Shown here piece by piece: positions 63,493 through 64,000 of a DNA stretch of 64,000 bases. The position numbers were made by a program, and so were the translations under genes. This DNA comes from a virus. Lineage: Duplodnaviria; Heunggongvirae; Uroviricota; Caudoviricetes. The notes beneath the pieces are model-generated. The model was not told the origin of the DNA. It was given only the letters and a program-made list of their open reading frames with translations, and searched no databases. Location: the IMG/VR virus record IMGVR_UViG_3300046096_000179, positions 63,124 to 127,123 of that record; one strand, written 5' to 3'. Each line of letters opens with the position of its first letter. Position 1 is the first letter of the stretch.

Positions 63493-64000
63493 GGTGTCTG
63501 GATGGACACATGCTCCCATAAGGAGAGCTAGTGTTCTGCGAGTCAATCCCCCGGAGTATATCTTATTCAACAGGTCAATGGATGTTGCCAGCTTGGTCTC
63601 AGATGCATGGTAGAAATCATACCGTTGCTCTGCGTTCTCAAAGTAATCATGTCCAACGTCCTTGTCAAAGGACACCGACAGAGCCTCCTGCATCATGGAT
63701 GGAATCTGATTCTCGGACAGCTTGTCATCTTCCCCGTTGATGATCTTGACCGCCTTCATGATGGCGTTATAGACCGATTTGTCCCGACAGAAGGATTCCG
63801 TCTCGGTCATCAGCCACTCCATATCATAACGATACTCGTCATCATAGGAATCGGTCAGGATTTTCTTGGTGGATGAGTGGTCATCGGCGGATAAACCAGA
63901 CATGGCATCCAGCTTGACATTCAGGACATCCTTGGGAGGCAGTCGGTTGTATTGCTCATAGAAGCCACATACCAACTGATAGAACGTCTTTTCCGCTCGA
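63457..64000 (-). CDS. 41: N-terminal extein of the gp41-like helicase fused to a 17-aa N-terminal split-intein fragment (IntN); 5' end outside the window
   Basis: PSMMQEALSVSFDKDVGHDY and IYSGGLTRRTLALLMGA match the T4 gp41 N-domain up to the P-loop, then CVHPDTLVNVRIKRKIV and stop. Confidence 0.75.
   Translation of the reverse strand, partial: RAEKTFYQLVCGFYEQYNRLPPKDVLNVKLDAMSGLSADDHSSTKKILTDSYDDEYRYDMEWLMTETESFCRDKSVYNAIMKAVKIINGEDDKLSENQIPSMMQEALSVSFDKDVGHDYFENAEQRYDFYHASETKLATSIDLLNKIYSGGLTRRTLALLMGACVHPDTLVNVRIKRKIV

Overview
64-kb segment of a T4-like phage genome (about 42% GC), probably a KVP40/schizo-T4-like Vibrio or Aeromonas phage, called from the sequence alone. The window opens inside gene 43 (family-B DNA polymerase: KILNNSFYG, YYMDTDS, C-terminal PEFLFG tail). 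A long plus-strand early-type region follows (to about 36.4 kb), then a mixed region (36.4-40.2 kb), then a predominantly minus-strand block to the window end (exceptions: TnpB 48470..49720 and an HNH gene 62185..63492). Genes with recognisable products: the NAD+ salvage pair NadV (14464..15786) and NadM-Nudix NatV (13429..14409); RNase H (rnh); endonuclease V (denV); a DEDDh 3'-5' exonuclease; an AAA+ ATPase; two paralogous gamma-class N6-adenine DNA methyltransferases; two Cys-based protein phosphatases (CX5R) and one calcineurin-like metallophosphoesterase; a signal-peptide-bearing Serratia-type nuclease; an SPFH lipoprotein; a PAAR-repeat protein; one clean tRNA-Met(CAT) with a tRNA-like sequence upstream. 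Mobile DNA is abundant: three full GIY-YIG homing endonuclease genes plus one C-terminal remnant, one HNH homing endonuclease, an apparently intact IS200/IS605-family tnpB element, and a 228-bp MITE derived from it. Observations worth a second look: (1) the gp41 replicative helicase is a fractured gene, split inside its P-loop by an atypical split intein (17-aa IntN, 126-aa IntC) with a free-standing HNH gene on the opposite strand between the halves; (2) about 31 small genes, mostly in tandem arrays, share a nucleotide-conserved N-terminal leader MK(T/S)SDLPKI whose TCTGAC doubles as the stop codon of the upstream gene; (3) a roughly 50-nt extended -10 promoter plus 5'UTR/RBS cassette (TGTGATACAATAGAACC...AAGGAAcTACATCATG) recurs about 30 times on both strands; (4) a five-member HIVKYRK small-protein family; (5) IS/MITE ends donate the same LPNS-stop tail to two unrelated genes. 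Coordinates of ORFs smaller than the track threshold were read by eye and may be off by a few nt.
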